DNA from: Thermoplasmata archaeon
GTDB lineage: Archaea; Thermoplasmatota; Thermoplasmata; Thermoplasmatales; ARK-15
Length of the DNA: 45,580 nucleotides
Assembly: GCA_049967595.1 (NCBI GenBank)
Contig: JBMFSK010000002.1
Span: forward strand, 1-45,580
Reading direction: 5' to 3'
Shown: positions 8,126 through 18,398 of the stretch, in pieces
How the letters are laid out: every line of letters begins with the position of its first letter
Position numbering within the stretch: the first letter of the stretch is position 1
Notes under the pieces: generated by a model
Told to the model about the DNA's origin: nothing
The model's input: only the letters and a program-made list of their open reading frames with translations
Database searches by the model: none
Made by a program: the position numbers and the translations under genes

Positions 8126-10855
8126 TTTCCAGAATTTTTTATTTTTTGCAAAGTTCAGTTCTGCCTCTGCTATATCCCTTATGAGATAAAGCTCTTCAGA
8201 ATGTGGCGTTTTAAGAATCCGTAGAGCTGTTTCATATCCTACTCCTCTACCCGCTAGGGATATTATAGCATCCTTCTTATAAGTTCTAATCAATACTGAA
8301 ATATCCTGGGCCTTTTTGTAAAATTCTTTTTCTTCCTTTGTTCTAGGCCCATTTTTTATTATGCTCACTTTTTCCCTCTCATACTTTCTTAAGACTGTCA
8401 CCCTTACTGACCCACAATATATGCACCTTGTATCAGAAACTTCTGATATTTTCCTTGTCCAGGAACTCTTGCAATCTAGGCAAACAAATATCATCTCCTG
8501 GCTCAATAATCGATTTTTTATGGCATTTAAAACTGTTGGCGTTAGTCTTGTTCTCCCTGATTTATTTTCTATGTATGTCAAATAGGAATCCATTGTTTTA
8601 TCAAAACTCACTATATCGATAGTAATAGTTCCCGCCCTGATATCATTAAGGAGATGTTTTGAATTTTCAATGTCTAGATAATCCCATGTTGCCTTTTTTA
8701 TAGCCTCTTCGAATATTATAGTATCGCGGTATAGATCAAGAAGTTTTTCTACTTTTAAAGAAGAAAAATCCGCACCCTTTGATATTATTCCAAACTTTTT
8801 GCCAGTATAGATAAATACCCTTGTGAAAAACCTTGAATTTGGCATTGCATTGTATATGTCCCTGTCAATGTCAAAACCTGATAAAAGTATCTCCTTTATA
8901 GTTTTTTCATCAATAGGCAAACCATCTGTGGAAAAAAGAATTGTGTAGGGAGTAATGCTCAAACTAACATTGTAACCTTTTTCCTTGAGTATTGTTAAAA
9001 TCATTAGCCCTATCGTTTCATTCACCTTTGTACCGAACCAGTCTTCTATTATTGTATCCTGGCCTTTCCTTGATATTCTTATCCTGTTTAAGGATGAATG
9101 ATCCTGGTTCCACCATGTTAATAATTTATTCTTAGCTGATTCATTTAAATATTCAGGTAATACTCTTTTTCCCCTAATTGAAACAACGTTCCTGGCCACA
9201 TCATACGGTACAGGAATGTCTTCACCAACCCACTTTGGAGGTGTAGCTATTTCTTCCACAAAATCCACAAGAATAGTATCATCCTTAATGTCAATTACCC
9301 TCCATGTAATACCTTTCATAACAAAAGTCTGTCCTTCGGAAATCTCCTGTGAAACAAAACTTTCATCCAATACACCTATAAATTTTTTATTTGAAAAATC
9401 TATCACACGGTAAATTTTTTCATCTGGAATCATTGAAAGATTATCATAAAAATATTCTAATGATTTAGAACCCCTATGTATGTATTCACCGTCAAATCTT
9501 ATCATTCTAATTTCTGTCATAAAATTTAGAAAATTTGTGAACTCTTCATTTGTTAAATCTTTAAAAGCATAAGACCTTTTTACAGTTTCAAATGCTAAGT
9601 TAAATTTTATAGAACCTCCGGTGTACACCCATGATGTTATCTGGTTCGCAAGCACAACATATGGATTTTTTCTCACCGTTAGTTTTTCAATAATCCCCCT
9701 TTTTGAAAGATCTACAATGCTTGCAGCCTCTTCAATTTCAACAGGATCTCCTGAAATTATCGCCCCTTTAGAAACATAACCTAATCTGTGACCTGAGCGT
9801 CCAATACGCTGCAACAACCTGTATACCTGCCTTGGTGAATTGAACTGAGCAACAAAATCCGCTCCTCCTATATCTATCCCTAATTCAAGGGATGATGTGC
9901 ATATGAGTGCTTTGAGTTTCCCATCTTTAAAAAGCTGTTCATTTTGGGTCCTGATTTCTTTTGAAAGAGAGCCATGATGAACACCTATTTTATCATCCAT
10001 CTTTATTTTATTCAATCTCATTGCTATATCTTCAGCTGTAAACCTGGTGTTTACAAAAATTAAGGACTGGTTGTAACTGTTAACTAAATTTACAGTGTGC
10101 ATTATAGCGGAACCATAGTCAAGATCGCACATCATTTCTTCACTTTCTTTTTCGTAATTACGATCTGGGGATTCAATACTAACGGAAAATTCTTTTAATA
10201 TTGAACTCTTAATTTTTTTGACATCTCCATTAGGAGATAAAAATTTTGATATTTCATCATCATTACCTACCGTAGCGGATAGACCTATCCTCTGAACTTT
10301 ACCGGAATAATTAACAAGCCTTTCTATTGCAATTGAGAGCTGCCATCCCCTCTCATCCTGAACAAGCTCGTGTATTTCATCTATTATAATCGTTGAAATA
10401 TTTTTTAAATGCTCTCTTAACTTTTTACCGGAAAATAATATCTGAAGTGTTTCAGGGGTAGTAATTAATAAATCTGGAGGATTTTCACTCACTACCCTTC
10501 TTTCTGACTCTGAAGAATCACCGTGCCTAATGTTAATTGCCACACCTAAAGCCTCTCCGTATCTTTTTATTCTGTCAAAAAGATCTCTGTTCAGTGCTCT
10601 AAGAGGAGTTATGTATATAGCATGTATTTTTCTTGGCTTTTCATTTGCAATTCTGGCAAGAATTGGTATTATAGCAGCTTCAGTTTTACCACTTCCAGTT
10701 GGTGCAATCAAAAGGACATTTTCTCCAGCGTAAATGGAATCATAGACATCACGCTGATCTTGAGTAAGTTCATTTATTCCGGCATTTTTCAGTATGGATA
10801 GAATATTATCGTCAATCACAGAAAGGTTAAAGTTTTGCATTATAAAAAATTTCAC
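8120..10855 (-). CDS. lhr: Lhr-type large ATP-dependent helicase (SF2, DEAD/DEAH)
   Basis: Walker A APTGSGKTEAA, DEIH box, SAT (LSATVGN) and motif VI QRIGRSGHR. There is a long C-terminal extension with a CxxC..CxxC ribbon; 911 aa. Confidence 0.9.
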   Translation of the reverse strand: MKFFIMQNFNLSVIDDNILSILKNAGINELTQDQRDVYDSIYAGENVLLIAPTGSGKTEAAIIPILARIANEKPRKIHAIYITPLRALNRDLFDRIKRYGEALGVAINIRHGDSSESERRVVSENPPDLLITTPETLQILFSGKKLREHLKNISTIIIDEIHELVQDERGWQLSIAIERLVNYSGKVQRIGLSATVGNDDEISKFLSPNGDVKKIKSSILKEFSVSIESPDRNYEKESEEMMCDLDYGSAIMHTVNLVNSYNQSLIFVNTRFTAEDIAMRLNKIKMDDKIGVHHGSLSKEIRTQNEQLFKDGKLKALICTSSLELGIDIGGADFVAQFNSPRQVYRLLQRIGRSGHRLGYVSKGAIISGDPVEIEEAASIVDLSKRGIIEKLTVRKNPYVVLANQITSWVYTGGSIKFNLAFETVKRSYAFKDLTNEEFTNFLNFMTEIRMIRFDGEYIHRGSKSLEYFYDNLSMIPDEKIYRVIDFSNKKFIGVLDESFVSQEISEGQTFVMKGITWRVIDIKDDTILVDFVEEIATPPKWVGEDIPVPYDVARNVVSIRGKRVLPEYLNESAKNKLLTWWNQDHSSLNRIRISRKGQDTIIEDWFGTKVNETIGLMILTILKEKGYNVSLSITPYTILFSTDGLPIDEKTIKEILLSGFDIDRDIYNAMPNSRFFTRVFIYTGKKFGIISKGADFSSLKVEKLLDLYRDTIIFEEAIKKATWDYLDIENSKHLLNDIRAGTITIDIVSFDKTMDSYLTYIENKSGRTRLTPTVLNAIKNRLLSQEMIFVCLDCKSSWTRKISEVSDTRCIYCGSVRVTVLRKYEREKVSIIKNGPRTKEEKEFYKKAQDISVLIRTYKKDAIISLAGRGVGYETALRILKTPHSEELYLIRDIAEAELNFAKNKKFWKS

Positions 10856-12516
10856 ATTTTCTTATTACTGTATGTTTTGTAAAATAGGTAATATTCTATT
10901 AACAAAATTACTAAAAATGTTAGGATTGTATATACCATCAAAAACATCACAAAATGATATTCAATTATCATAACAAACAGAAAAAGGAATATGCCGAAAA
11001 CTGTGAAATTTACATGGTTGGTAATCTTAGCATTTAATTTAACACCTGTAACTGAATAAGGATTAACGTTTACTTTGTAAGAGATAAAATTTTTCAATAA
11101 TTTATAGGAAATAATTAAAAAAATTGCAGTAAGAATGATAAAATAATAATTCATATAAAATATGTTCAAGAGAAGAAATATCGAATATATTGAAAGAAAT
11201 ATACCTGGCATATAGTGTTTTTCATTTATGGGTATTGTTCTATAAAAAAATATTGATCTTAGAGTTCTAGATATAACACTTGCAGAAAACTTCAGATAAT
11301 CAGGCAACAGATTCGTAATAAGTTTTGTAAGTTTTGCTGAAGTTTTTAATAAAAATGGTGTTATAAGAGTTGTAATTATAACAATTGCTCCTGTTATACT
11401 GAACAATACCCCTGAATAAGGCAGTACGGAATGGTTAGTTTCCTCTGATATTCCATTGGCGATGTTGGCAAAAATCAACGAATCCTCATTTCTCGGCACT
11501 AAACCTGAGCTAATGAAAATTGACCCTTTACCAGAAAAGCCTACAAGATAAGTGATCGTTGACATGACAAAAATTTCACCTAAAATTATCACAATAACTG
11601 AAATCAGGATTAAATATGCATAATTGGCAAATGCATTTAAATCAACATCTATACCGTAAGTAACAAAGAATAATGCAGCAAACGCATACTTAAAACCACT
11701 CAATTTTGATTCTATCTCCTTTGAAACATCAGTTTCTGAGAATAGCATGCCGGCAAAAAATGCACCTATTGCAGGTGTTATATTAAATATTTCAAGTAAT
11801 GCGCTTACAAGAAATATTACCATCAACACAAATATAACAAACAATTCCTCATTCTTTTTTGAAAAGATTCTTTTCTTTATTGCTGGCATAAATATCCTGG
11901 TAATTACAATTATGAAAATAATGAATGAGCTCAAGCCTATATACTCTACGTTTATCAACTCCGGTATTTTCACATTTGTGACCAAAAACCCAGAAAAGAT
12001 TACTATCATAAATATTGAAATTATATCTTCCATGATAAGCATATTCAGAAGTGCTTCAGCCTCAACTGCTGAAAGCTTTCTTAGATCATCTACACTCTTC
12101 GCTGTAACCACTACACTACTTGCAGATACCACAAAAGCTAGAAAAATAGAATCAAAAAGGTCCCAACGAAATAGTAAGCCGACCAATAAACCAAGGGAAA
12201 ACATAATAGAAATGTCCACTATACCAAGAACTGTTGCAACGAGAGTTGTTTTTTTGAATTTTTGCGGTGCAATATTTAATCCTATAAAGAATAGAATGAT
12301 AACGAGTCCAAGCTGGGAGAATATTGATGGGACCTGACTATTCTGCATAATGCTTGAATAATGAAAGCCGAAGATTGTAAATGAGATCGAAGGGCTCAAT
12401 ACTAGACCTAAAATCAGATAACCTATCATGGTCGTCTGTTTCAATTTTGTGGAAATTATTCCACCTATTAAAGCAACAAAGAATAAAATGCCTAGGTCCA
12501 GAAAAAGAAAATCCAT
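10852..12516 (-). CDS. CPA2-family cation:proton antiporter (KhtU/YhaU-like) with extra C-terminal TM region
   Basis: About 390-aa Na+/H+-exchanger-like core with many TM helices, followed by additional hydrophobic helices. It sits directly downstream of a KhtT-like gene. Confidence 0.8.
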   Translation of the reverse strand: MDFLFLDLGILFFVALIGGIISTKLKQTTMIGYLILGLVLSPSISFTIFGFHYSSIMQNSQVPSIFSQLGLVIILFFIGLNIAPQKFKKTTLVATVLGIVDISIMFSLGLLVGLLFRWDLFDSIFLAFVVSASSVVVTAKSVDDLRKLSAVEAEALLNMLIMEDIISIFMIVIFSGFLVTNVKIPELINVEYIGLSSFIIFIIVITRIFMPAIKKRIFSKKNEELFVIFVLMVIFLVSALLEIFNITPAIGAFFAGMLFSETDVSKEIESKLSGFKYAFAALFFVTYGIDVDLNAFANYAYLILISVIVIILGEIFVMSTITYLVGFSGKGSIFISSGLVPRNEDSLIFANIANGISEETNHSVLPYSGVLFSITGAIVIITTLITPFLLKTSAKLTKLITNLLPDYLKFSASVISRTLRSIFFYRTIPINEKHYMPGIFLSIYSIFLLLNIFYMNYYFIILTAIFLIISYKLLKNFISYKVNVNPYSVTGVKLNAKITNHVNFTVFGIFLFLFVMIIEYHFVMFLMVYTILTFLVILLIEYYLFYKTYSNKKM

Positions 12517-12520
12517 TGTT

Positions 12521-12910
12521 TTATTCTCCTGACAATATTATATCTCCAGCTTTTGCTAAATCATTTAAATTTTTTTCGATTTTACCATTTCTGATAAATA
12601 TTATTGAGTTCTTTTCTACTTTAAATATTGGTTCGTTCTTGTCCTCTTTTACAAATACCCATTTTAATATAGACTTTCCTAAATTCAATGTGCTTTCACC
12701 CTGTTTAAAATTTACGGATGTTTCAAGCAAAAGCATGGATAAAACTTTAGCATCCTCTTCAGATAATGGTATCACCAAAAAATTGGAATCTTCTGCATAA
12801 TAAATTTCCTTGAATCCATCAGATTTTATCACTACAGATATCTGACCGTTGACGCTCTGAAATGTATATTTCATACCTATTCCAGGCATAAGCGATTCTG
12901 TTATATCCAT
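12521..12910 (-). CDS. KhtT-like antiporter regulatory subunit (TrkA-C type)
   Basis: The N-terminus (LMPGIGMKYTF..VVIKSDGFKEIYY) and the C-terminal GDIILSGE closely mirror Bacillus KhtT (LPGIGKKFE..IIIHDDGRREIYY..DTLVLSGE), as recalled from memory. Confidence 0.75.
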   Translation of the reverse strand: MDITESLMPGIGMKYTFQSVNGQISVVIKSDGFKEIYYAEDSNFLVIPLSEEDAKVLSMLLLETSVNFKQGESTLNLGKSILKWVFVKEDKNEPIFKVEKNSIIFIRNGKIEKNLNDLAKAGDIILSGE

Positions 12911-12998
12911 AGGATTATGGTATGCCTTTCATTTTATTAAGTTTTTTAATACCACAAAAAGAGAAAAAATGAAATAAATTATCATATTATTAGATACC

Positions 12999-15488
12999 AT
13001 GAAAACAGATATTGATGAAGAACATAGGTCCTTCCCTTTTCCAGACTACAAAAGAATTTATGAGAGAGATAAACAGTTCAAACAGCTTCACATAAAAGCT
13101 GAGATATTTCCAAACTTTGAAATAAAGGAATTTTCAGCCATAGAAGAGATATTTCTTGAAGCATTGTACAGTGATCTGAAAGAGATAGAAATCGATGCAA
13201 GGGAAATAAATATAATAAAAATTGAGTTTGATGAAAAAGTTTTAAAATACAGCTATAACGGTGAAAAAATCAAAATCATTTTTGAAGATCCTATAAAAAG
13301 GGGTGAAAGTTTTAAATTAAAGCTTGACTATGAATCAAAACCAAGAAGAGGCATATTTTTTGTTTCACCTGATGAGTATTATCCGAATAAGCCATACGAG
13401 CTTTGGACACAGGGCGAAGATGAGGATACAAGATTCTGGCTACCATCTTATGATTATCCTAATGAAAGAACCACTACCGAAATAATCGTTCATGTGCCAA
13501 AAGAATTTTATGTTGTATCGAATGGAAAACTTGTATCAAAAGAAGATAATGGAACTATTGTAACATACCATTACTTAGAAGATTTTCCTCATGCTATTTA
13601 CCTTACATCTATAGCAGCAGGAAGATTTTTTATTTACGATGATGAGATCGATGGTGTAAAATTAGAGTACGTTGTACCTTATGAAATGAAGGATTCTATC
13701 AAAAAAAGCTTTCTAAATACGCCTGATATGATCAGGCACTTTTCAAGGCTTTTTAACTTTAAATATCCATATTCCAAGTATTCACAAGTGGTTGTAAAAG
13801 ATTTCATATTTGGTGGAATGGAAAATATAAATGCGACTACTTTAACGGAATACACGCTCCATGATGATATGGCGCACAATGACTATATAAGTGAAGGATT
13901 AATATCACATGAGCTTGCTCACCAGTGGTTTGGAGATTTTATAACTTGCAGGGACTGGTCACATGCCTGGTTGAACGAGGGCTTTGCTACATACCTTAAT
14001 TCCATTTATTTTGAGCATTTTCTCGGCTACGATGATTTTCTGTATCAGCTTTATGAAGATGAACAATCTTATAAAAGAGAGGACTCAAAAGATTACAGAA
14101 GGGCAATAGTAACAAATATTTACAAGTTTCCAGGAGAACTTTTTGATAGGCATTTATATGAAAAGGCATCCAGGGTATTACACATGCTTAGAAATGAACT
14201 CGGTGACGAATCATTCTGGAATTTCATTGAAAATTACCTGGAAATAAATGGAGGAAAGAGCATTGATACCTATGACCTGATAAAAGTTTTACAGAATCTT
14301 ACTGGCAAATCTTGGGAACAATTCTTTGATCAGTGGATCTTCCACGCAGGTCATCCTGAATTTAATGTTAGCTATTCTTACGAAGAAAATAAGGTAAAGA
14401 TTAAATTTGAGCAGAAACAAAAAGGAAATGATACACCAGAAGCTTTTTCCCTGCCACTGGATATTGCATTTTATGTAAAAAATGAAAGGATCGTTAAAAA
14501 AGTTAGGATAAATGAAAAAATAGATCAGTTCATATTCGATATAGAGGAACCTGATGCTATTTCCATAGATCCTGAAAATACAATTCTTAAAGATATCTTT
14601 TTTGAAAGACCCAAGAAAATGATAATAAACCAGCTGATAATGGGAAAAGGAATTATGGAGAAAATTGACGCAATAAAAGATCTAAAAAAACAATCAGGTC
14701 AGGATGTTATAGAAGCACTTAAAAATGCTGTATTACAGGAGAATTTCTACGGTGTTAAGATTGAAGCTTTGTATGCACTCGAGGAAATAGGTACTAAAAA
14801 TGCATTAAACGCTCTTAAAGAAATAGGAAATAAGATCATAGGAAATCCTGATGTCGATTCAAAGGTAAGGTCTGCTTTCGCAGACAGCCTAGGAAAATTC
14901 TATAAGGATACTGATGCATTGAATATGCTGGAAAAAATATTGAAAATTGAGAGAAAATATATGCCTATTTCTAAAGCGCTTGAAAGCATAGGAGAAATAA
15001 AGCATGAAAAGAGCTTTGAGCTTTTATCTAGTGCAAAACTCAAAACATCATGGTCAGAAATTATTAGGAGAGGCATCCTCTCCGGTTTTGGTAATTTAAA
15101 AGATAAACGTGGACAGGAAATCGCTATTGAATTTACAAGCTTGGGGTACGATCAGAGATTGAGAGCCTCGGCTATAACTGCGCTGGGTAACATTGCTGAA
15201 CATGATAAAAGTATTTTACCGCTTTTGTTTAAAGCTCTAAGGGACGAATACTTTCAGGTTAGGAGCGCAGCTGTCCAAGCAATAAAGAATGTCGGTGAAG
15301 TGGATGCCATTTCTGAACTAGAAATTACATATGATATGGAACTTGATGCTCACATAAAAAGATCAATCAGAAATGCAATTTTATCTATACAGAAGGGTAA
15401 GAAGGAAAATGATGAACTAAGGAACTTGAGAGAAGAGATTGAAGAATTAAAAAGGAATTATAAAGAATTGAAAGAGAAAATAAAATGA
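12999..15488 (+). CDS. M1-family zinc aminopeptidase (tricorn-interacting-factor-like) with C-terminal HEAT-like repeats
   Basis: GGMEN exopeptidase motif, HELAHQWFGD (HExxH) and WLNEGFA glutamate motif. The C-terminal 250 aa carries repeated A..ALG.IG / VR.AA..A helical repeats and a terminal coiled coil. Confidence 0.9.
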   Translation: MKTDIDEEHRSFPFPDYKRIYERDKQFKQLHIKAEIFPNFEIKEFSAIEEIFLEALYSDLKEIEIDAREINIIKIEFDEKVLKYSYNGEKIKIIFEDPIKRGESFKLKLDYESKPRRGIFFVSPDEYYPNKPYELWTQGEDEDTRFWLPSYDYPNERTTTEIIVHVPKEFYVVSNGKLVSKEDNGTIVTYHYLEDFPHAIYLTSIAAGRFFIYDDEIDGVKLEYVVPYEMKDSIKKSFLNTPDMIRHFSRLFNFKYPYSKYSQVVVKDFIFGGMENINATTLTEYTLHDDMAHNDYISEGLISHELAHQWFGDFITCRDWSHAWLNEGFATYLNSIYFEHFLGYDDFLYQLYEDEQSYKREDSKDYRRAIVTNIYKFPGELFDRHLYEKASRVLHMLRNELGDESFWNFIENYLEINGGKSIDTYDLIKVLQNLTGKSWEQFFDQWIFHAGHPEFNVSYSYEENKVKIKFEQKQKGNDTPEAFSLPLDIAFYVKNERIVKKVRINEKIDQFIFDIEEPDAISIDPENTILKDIFFERPKKMIINQLIMGKGIMEKIDAIKDLKKQSGQDVIEALKNAVLQENFYGVKIEALYALEEIGTKNALNALKEIGNKIIGNPDVDSKVRSAFADSLGKFYKDTDALNMLEKILKIERKYMPISKALESIGEIKHEKSFELLSSAKLKTSWSEIIRRGILSGFGNLKDKRGQEIAIEFTSLGYDQRLRASAITALGNIAEHDKSILPLLFKALRDEYFQVRSAAVQAIKNVGEVDAISELEITYDMELDAHIKRSIRNAILSIQKGKKENDELRNLREEIEELKRNYKELKEKIK

Positions 15489-16489
15489 TAGACAGAATTT
15501 TACAATTAAGAAAATCTGTTTCAAGGGATGACAGGCCTGAGGATTACGTATCTTTATGGTTTGAAGATGAACCTTTTAAAGGTGGGAGGGAGAGGTCTAT
15601 GGTTCTGGTTCTCAGAACCATGGGCTGTTTCTGGTTCTACAAATCGGGATGTACTATGTGCGGATATTACAACGATACAAATCCCACAAAAGTAAATGAT
15701 CATCAACTCATGGAACAGGTTGAAAAAGCTAAAAAGAAATATAAAGGCGAGAAGATTGTAAAAATATATAATTCAGGAAGCTTTTTTGATAGCAACGAAA
15801 TATCAGAGGAAGCACAGAATAATATCCTTAAAAGTTTCTCTGAATCTGAAAGAATTATTGTAGAGACAAGACCGGAGTTTGTAAATGCAAAATTGATTGA
15901 AAGAATGTCAGAATTTAAGGAAAAACTTATGGTAGCAATTGGCCTGGAAAGCTCGAATGATGAGGTTCTAGAATACTCCATAAACAAGGGCTTCAAATCA
16001 AGCACATACGAAAGGGCTGCAGAATTACTATTTGAAAATAATTTTAGTTTAAAAACGTACATAATTTTAAAGCCACCTTTCCTATCGGAAAAAAAATCTA
16101 TAGAGGATGCTGTTAAATCAATAGAATTTGCATCAAAATATTCTGAGATAATTTCATTGAACCCGGTGAATGTTCAGACTAATACAATTGTTGAAGAACT
16201 CTGGAAAAAAGGATACTACAGACCACCTTGGTTATGGTCTGTTGTTGAAGTTTTAAAAAGAACTGCATATCTTAAAAAAGTGGTCTCGTTTCCAACAGCT
16301 CCTGGAACCAGAAGAGGTGCACATAACTGCGACAAATGCGATGATGAGATAATCCGTGCAATAGAGGATTTCTCATTCTCACAGGATATTAATGTTTTAA
16401 ATAGTATAAATGATTGCAATTGCAAGATTGATTGGAAAAAAATTTTGGAAATTGAGGATCTCACTTTTTCAACAATTGGAGATCAGTGA
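15485..16489 (+). CDS. radical SAM protein, RaSEA (archaeosine biosynthesis, TIGR01210-like)
   Basis: LRTMGCFWFYKSGCTMCGY cluster motif near the N-terminus and about 330 aa length resemble the archaeal TIGR01210/RaSEA family. The call is from memory of the family pattern. Confidence 0.65.
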   Translation: MIDRILQLRKSVSRDDRPEDYVSLWFEDEPFKGGRERSMVLVLRTMGCFWFYKSGCTMCGYYNDTNPTKVNDHQLMEQVEKAKKKYKGEKIVKIYNSGSFFDSNEISEEAQNNILKSFSESERIIVETRPEFVNAKLIERMSEFKEKLMVAIGLESSNDEVLEYSINKGFKSSTYERAAELLFENNFSLKTYIILKPPFLSEKKSIEDAVKSIEFASKYSEIISLNPVNVQTNTIVEELWKKGYYRPPWLWSVVEVLKRTAYLKKVVSFPTAPGTRRGAHNCDKCDDEIIRAIEDFSFSQDINVLNSINDCNCKIDWKKILEIEDLTFSTIGDQ

Positions 16490-18345
16490 CCTGCACCGAT
16501 CTCATTTGCAATTTCTTCAAGCTCAAGTTCGAAAAGCTTTACCTTGGTAGGTATGCCCTCACTGCTCCATCCTCTTGTTTGATAGTATTCATCAAGCATG
16601 CTTTCCAATTCCTCCTTTTTAACATAAGAACCTTTTGAAACACCCTTTGGTATCGGTTCCTCCATGACACGTCTAGGCAGGTAATCATCTTTTCTTGAAA
16701 AACCTTCCCTAACATTAAAAGCTCTTTCAACATTGTATATTCTTTCTCCAGCGTAAGCGAGTTCTCCTAGCATCATATTGAAACCTGTGTAAGCCTGAAT
16801 TATATCTATGAAACCTTCCAGGAAAAACATATGCCTTGAGAACTTGCACACACCTAGGGCATCGTAAATACTCATCAAATCTTCATGAACCTTTACCTCA
16901 AATCCTTTTCCCTTTGCACTCAACCGGTCAACGCCTTCAAATTTCCACCATTTACCAACAAGTTCTGTACCGTAAACACCGGCAGTTAAATGGCAGGCAC
17001 CTCTAACAGAAACTGCTTCAGCAAGTGCCATCCCTTTTATGCCTCTAATATCGTAAGCAGGAGGTTCTAGTCCTTTAATTTCCATTGCAAATTCCTGACC
17101 TTTCCCTAAAGTTAAATATGCATTCTTTACACCATCGGAAAGTAAACTTCCAAGCTTACCTTCTCTGAATGCCATTTCCTTGATTACCTTAGCAACTCCA
17201 TCTGGATCTCCAAACTTCAAGTAACCTTCTAACAAATTTTTTTCTATTGCCTCCATGGCCCAGGATATTGTAACACCTGCAGATATTGTATCCAGACCAT
17301 ATAAATCGCATAGCATGCTCAGGTATCCTACAGCTTCAGGATCATCTATTTCGAGATTCCCACCAAGAGAATACATTGTCTCATATTCCAGGCCGTCTAC
17401 ATATGTGCCTGCATATTTTCCATTTTTCACTTCAAAAATATGACCGCAGGGTTTTGTACAGTTCGGACAAGAATGATAGCCTGTTATATATTTATTTGCC
17501 CAGTTATAAGGGTCAATGCCTGAAAATTGACCTTCTTTAAGATTATCAAATACCTTCTGAAAATACCCCTGTTGCCAATTTCTTGATGGAAAAGTTCCTT
17601 TTTGAGTGTTCATCCAAGCATAAAATTCACCCGTTCCGTATTTCATATCATCCCTTGAAGCTGGATGGTCTTTTAAAATATTTACCCATTTTTTGATCAA
17701 TTCTACCATTTTCTTACCATCGAACTCAGGAACTTTCTTGTTTCCCCTCACAGCCAGGGCTTTTAATTTTTTGGATCCCATAACAGCTCCAAGACCCGTA
17801 CGGGCTGCTTGGCGCTCCTCACAATCTATTATTGAAATTTTTGATAAATTTTCTCCCGCAGGACCAATGGCTGCTGTTGAAAATCCAGGGTATTTTTCCT
17901 TAAGACACTTTTGTGTTTCTCTCGTATCTAGCCCCCATAGATCGGTTTTTTCAATTTTTACATTTTCGTTATCTATTACTATTACTGAAGGTGATTCAGC
18001 TTTGCCTTTTATAATTACCATATCGTATCCAGCTTTTTTAATCTCTGGGCCAATGCTTGCACCTGCTACTGCCCTGCCAAATGCCCCAGTAAGAGGAGAT
18101 TTTGATACAAATGTAGTTTTTGATGCAGTAGGTATGCCGCTCGATACGAGAAGACCTGGTGATATGATCAGCAAATTATTATCACCTAGCGGGTCCGTAT
18201 TTTTAGGAACTTCATTATAAAGATAATAAGCAGCAAGACCCACACCACCAAGAAATTTTCTCATTATCGATTCATCGATGCCTTTAATCTCATAATCCAT
18301 TTTTGAGAGATCGACTTCCAATATTTTTCCCCAAAACCCGTTCAT
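16483..18345 (-). CDS. aor: aldehyde:ferredoxin oxidoreductase (tungstopterin AOR family)
   Basis: The characteristic N-terminus (GFWGKILEVDLS), 620 aa length and conserved AOR-family blocks throughout (e.g. GLGAVMGSKKLKA, CxxC region). Confidence 0.9.
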   Translation of the reverse strand: MNGFWGKILEVDLSKMDYEIKGIDESIMRKFLGGVGLAAYYLYNEVPKNTDPLGDNNLLIISPGLLVSSGIPTASKTTFVSKSPLTGAFGRAVAGASIGPEIKKAGYDMVIIKGKAESPSVIVIDNENVKIEKTDLWGLDTRETQKCLKEKYPGFSTAAIGPAGENLSKISIIDCEERQAARTGLGAVMGSKKLKALAVRGNKKVPEFDGKKMVELIKKWVNILKDHPASRDDMKYGTGEFYAWMNTQKGTFPSRNWQQGYFQKVFDNLKEGQFSGIDPYNWANKYITGYHSCPNCTKPCGHIFEVKNGKYAGTYVDGLEYETMYSLGGNLEIDDPEAVGYLSMLCDLYGLDTISAGVTISWAMEAIEKNLLEGYLKFGDPDGVAKVIKEMAFREGKLGSLLSDGVKNAYLTLGKGQEFAMEIKGLEPPAYDIRGIKGMALAEAVSVRGACHLTAGVYGTELVGKWWKFEGVDRLSAKGKGFEVKVHEDLMSIYDALGVCKFSRHMFFLEGFIDIIQAYTGFNMMLGELAYAGERIYNVERAFNVREGFSRKDDYLPRRVMEEPIPKGVSKGSYVKKEELESMLDEYYQTRGWSSEGIPTKVKLFELELEEIANEIGAGH

Positions 18346-18398
18346 ATCATCTATAAATAATAAGATTTTATAAATTTAGTTATGCAAAGTATAACATA

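Noticed and set aside
11747-12337. Long antisense ORFs inside well-supported genes. Examples: 11747..12337, 12381..12800, 17693..18220, 25734..26150, 3109..3522, 15703..16062, 36064..36393 and 36491..36880.
   Set aside because: All overlap strongly recognisable genes on the opposite strand. They have biased, motif-free sequences, as expected for stop-poor antisense frames.
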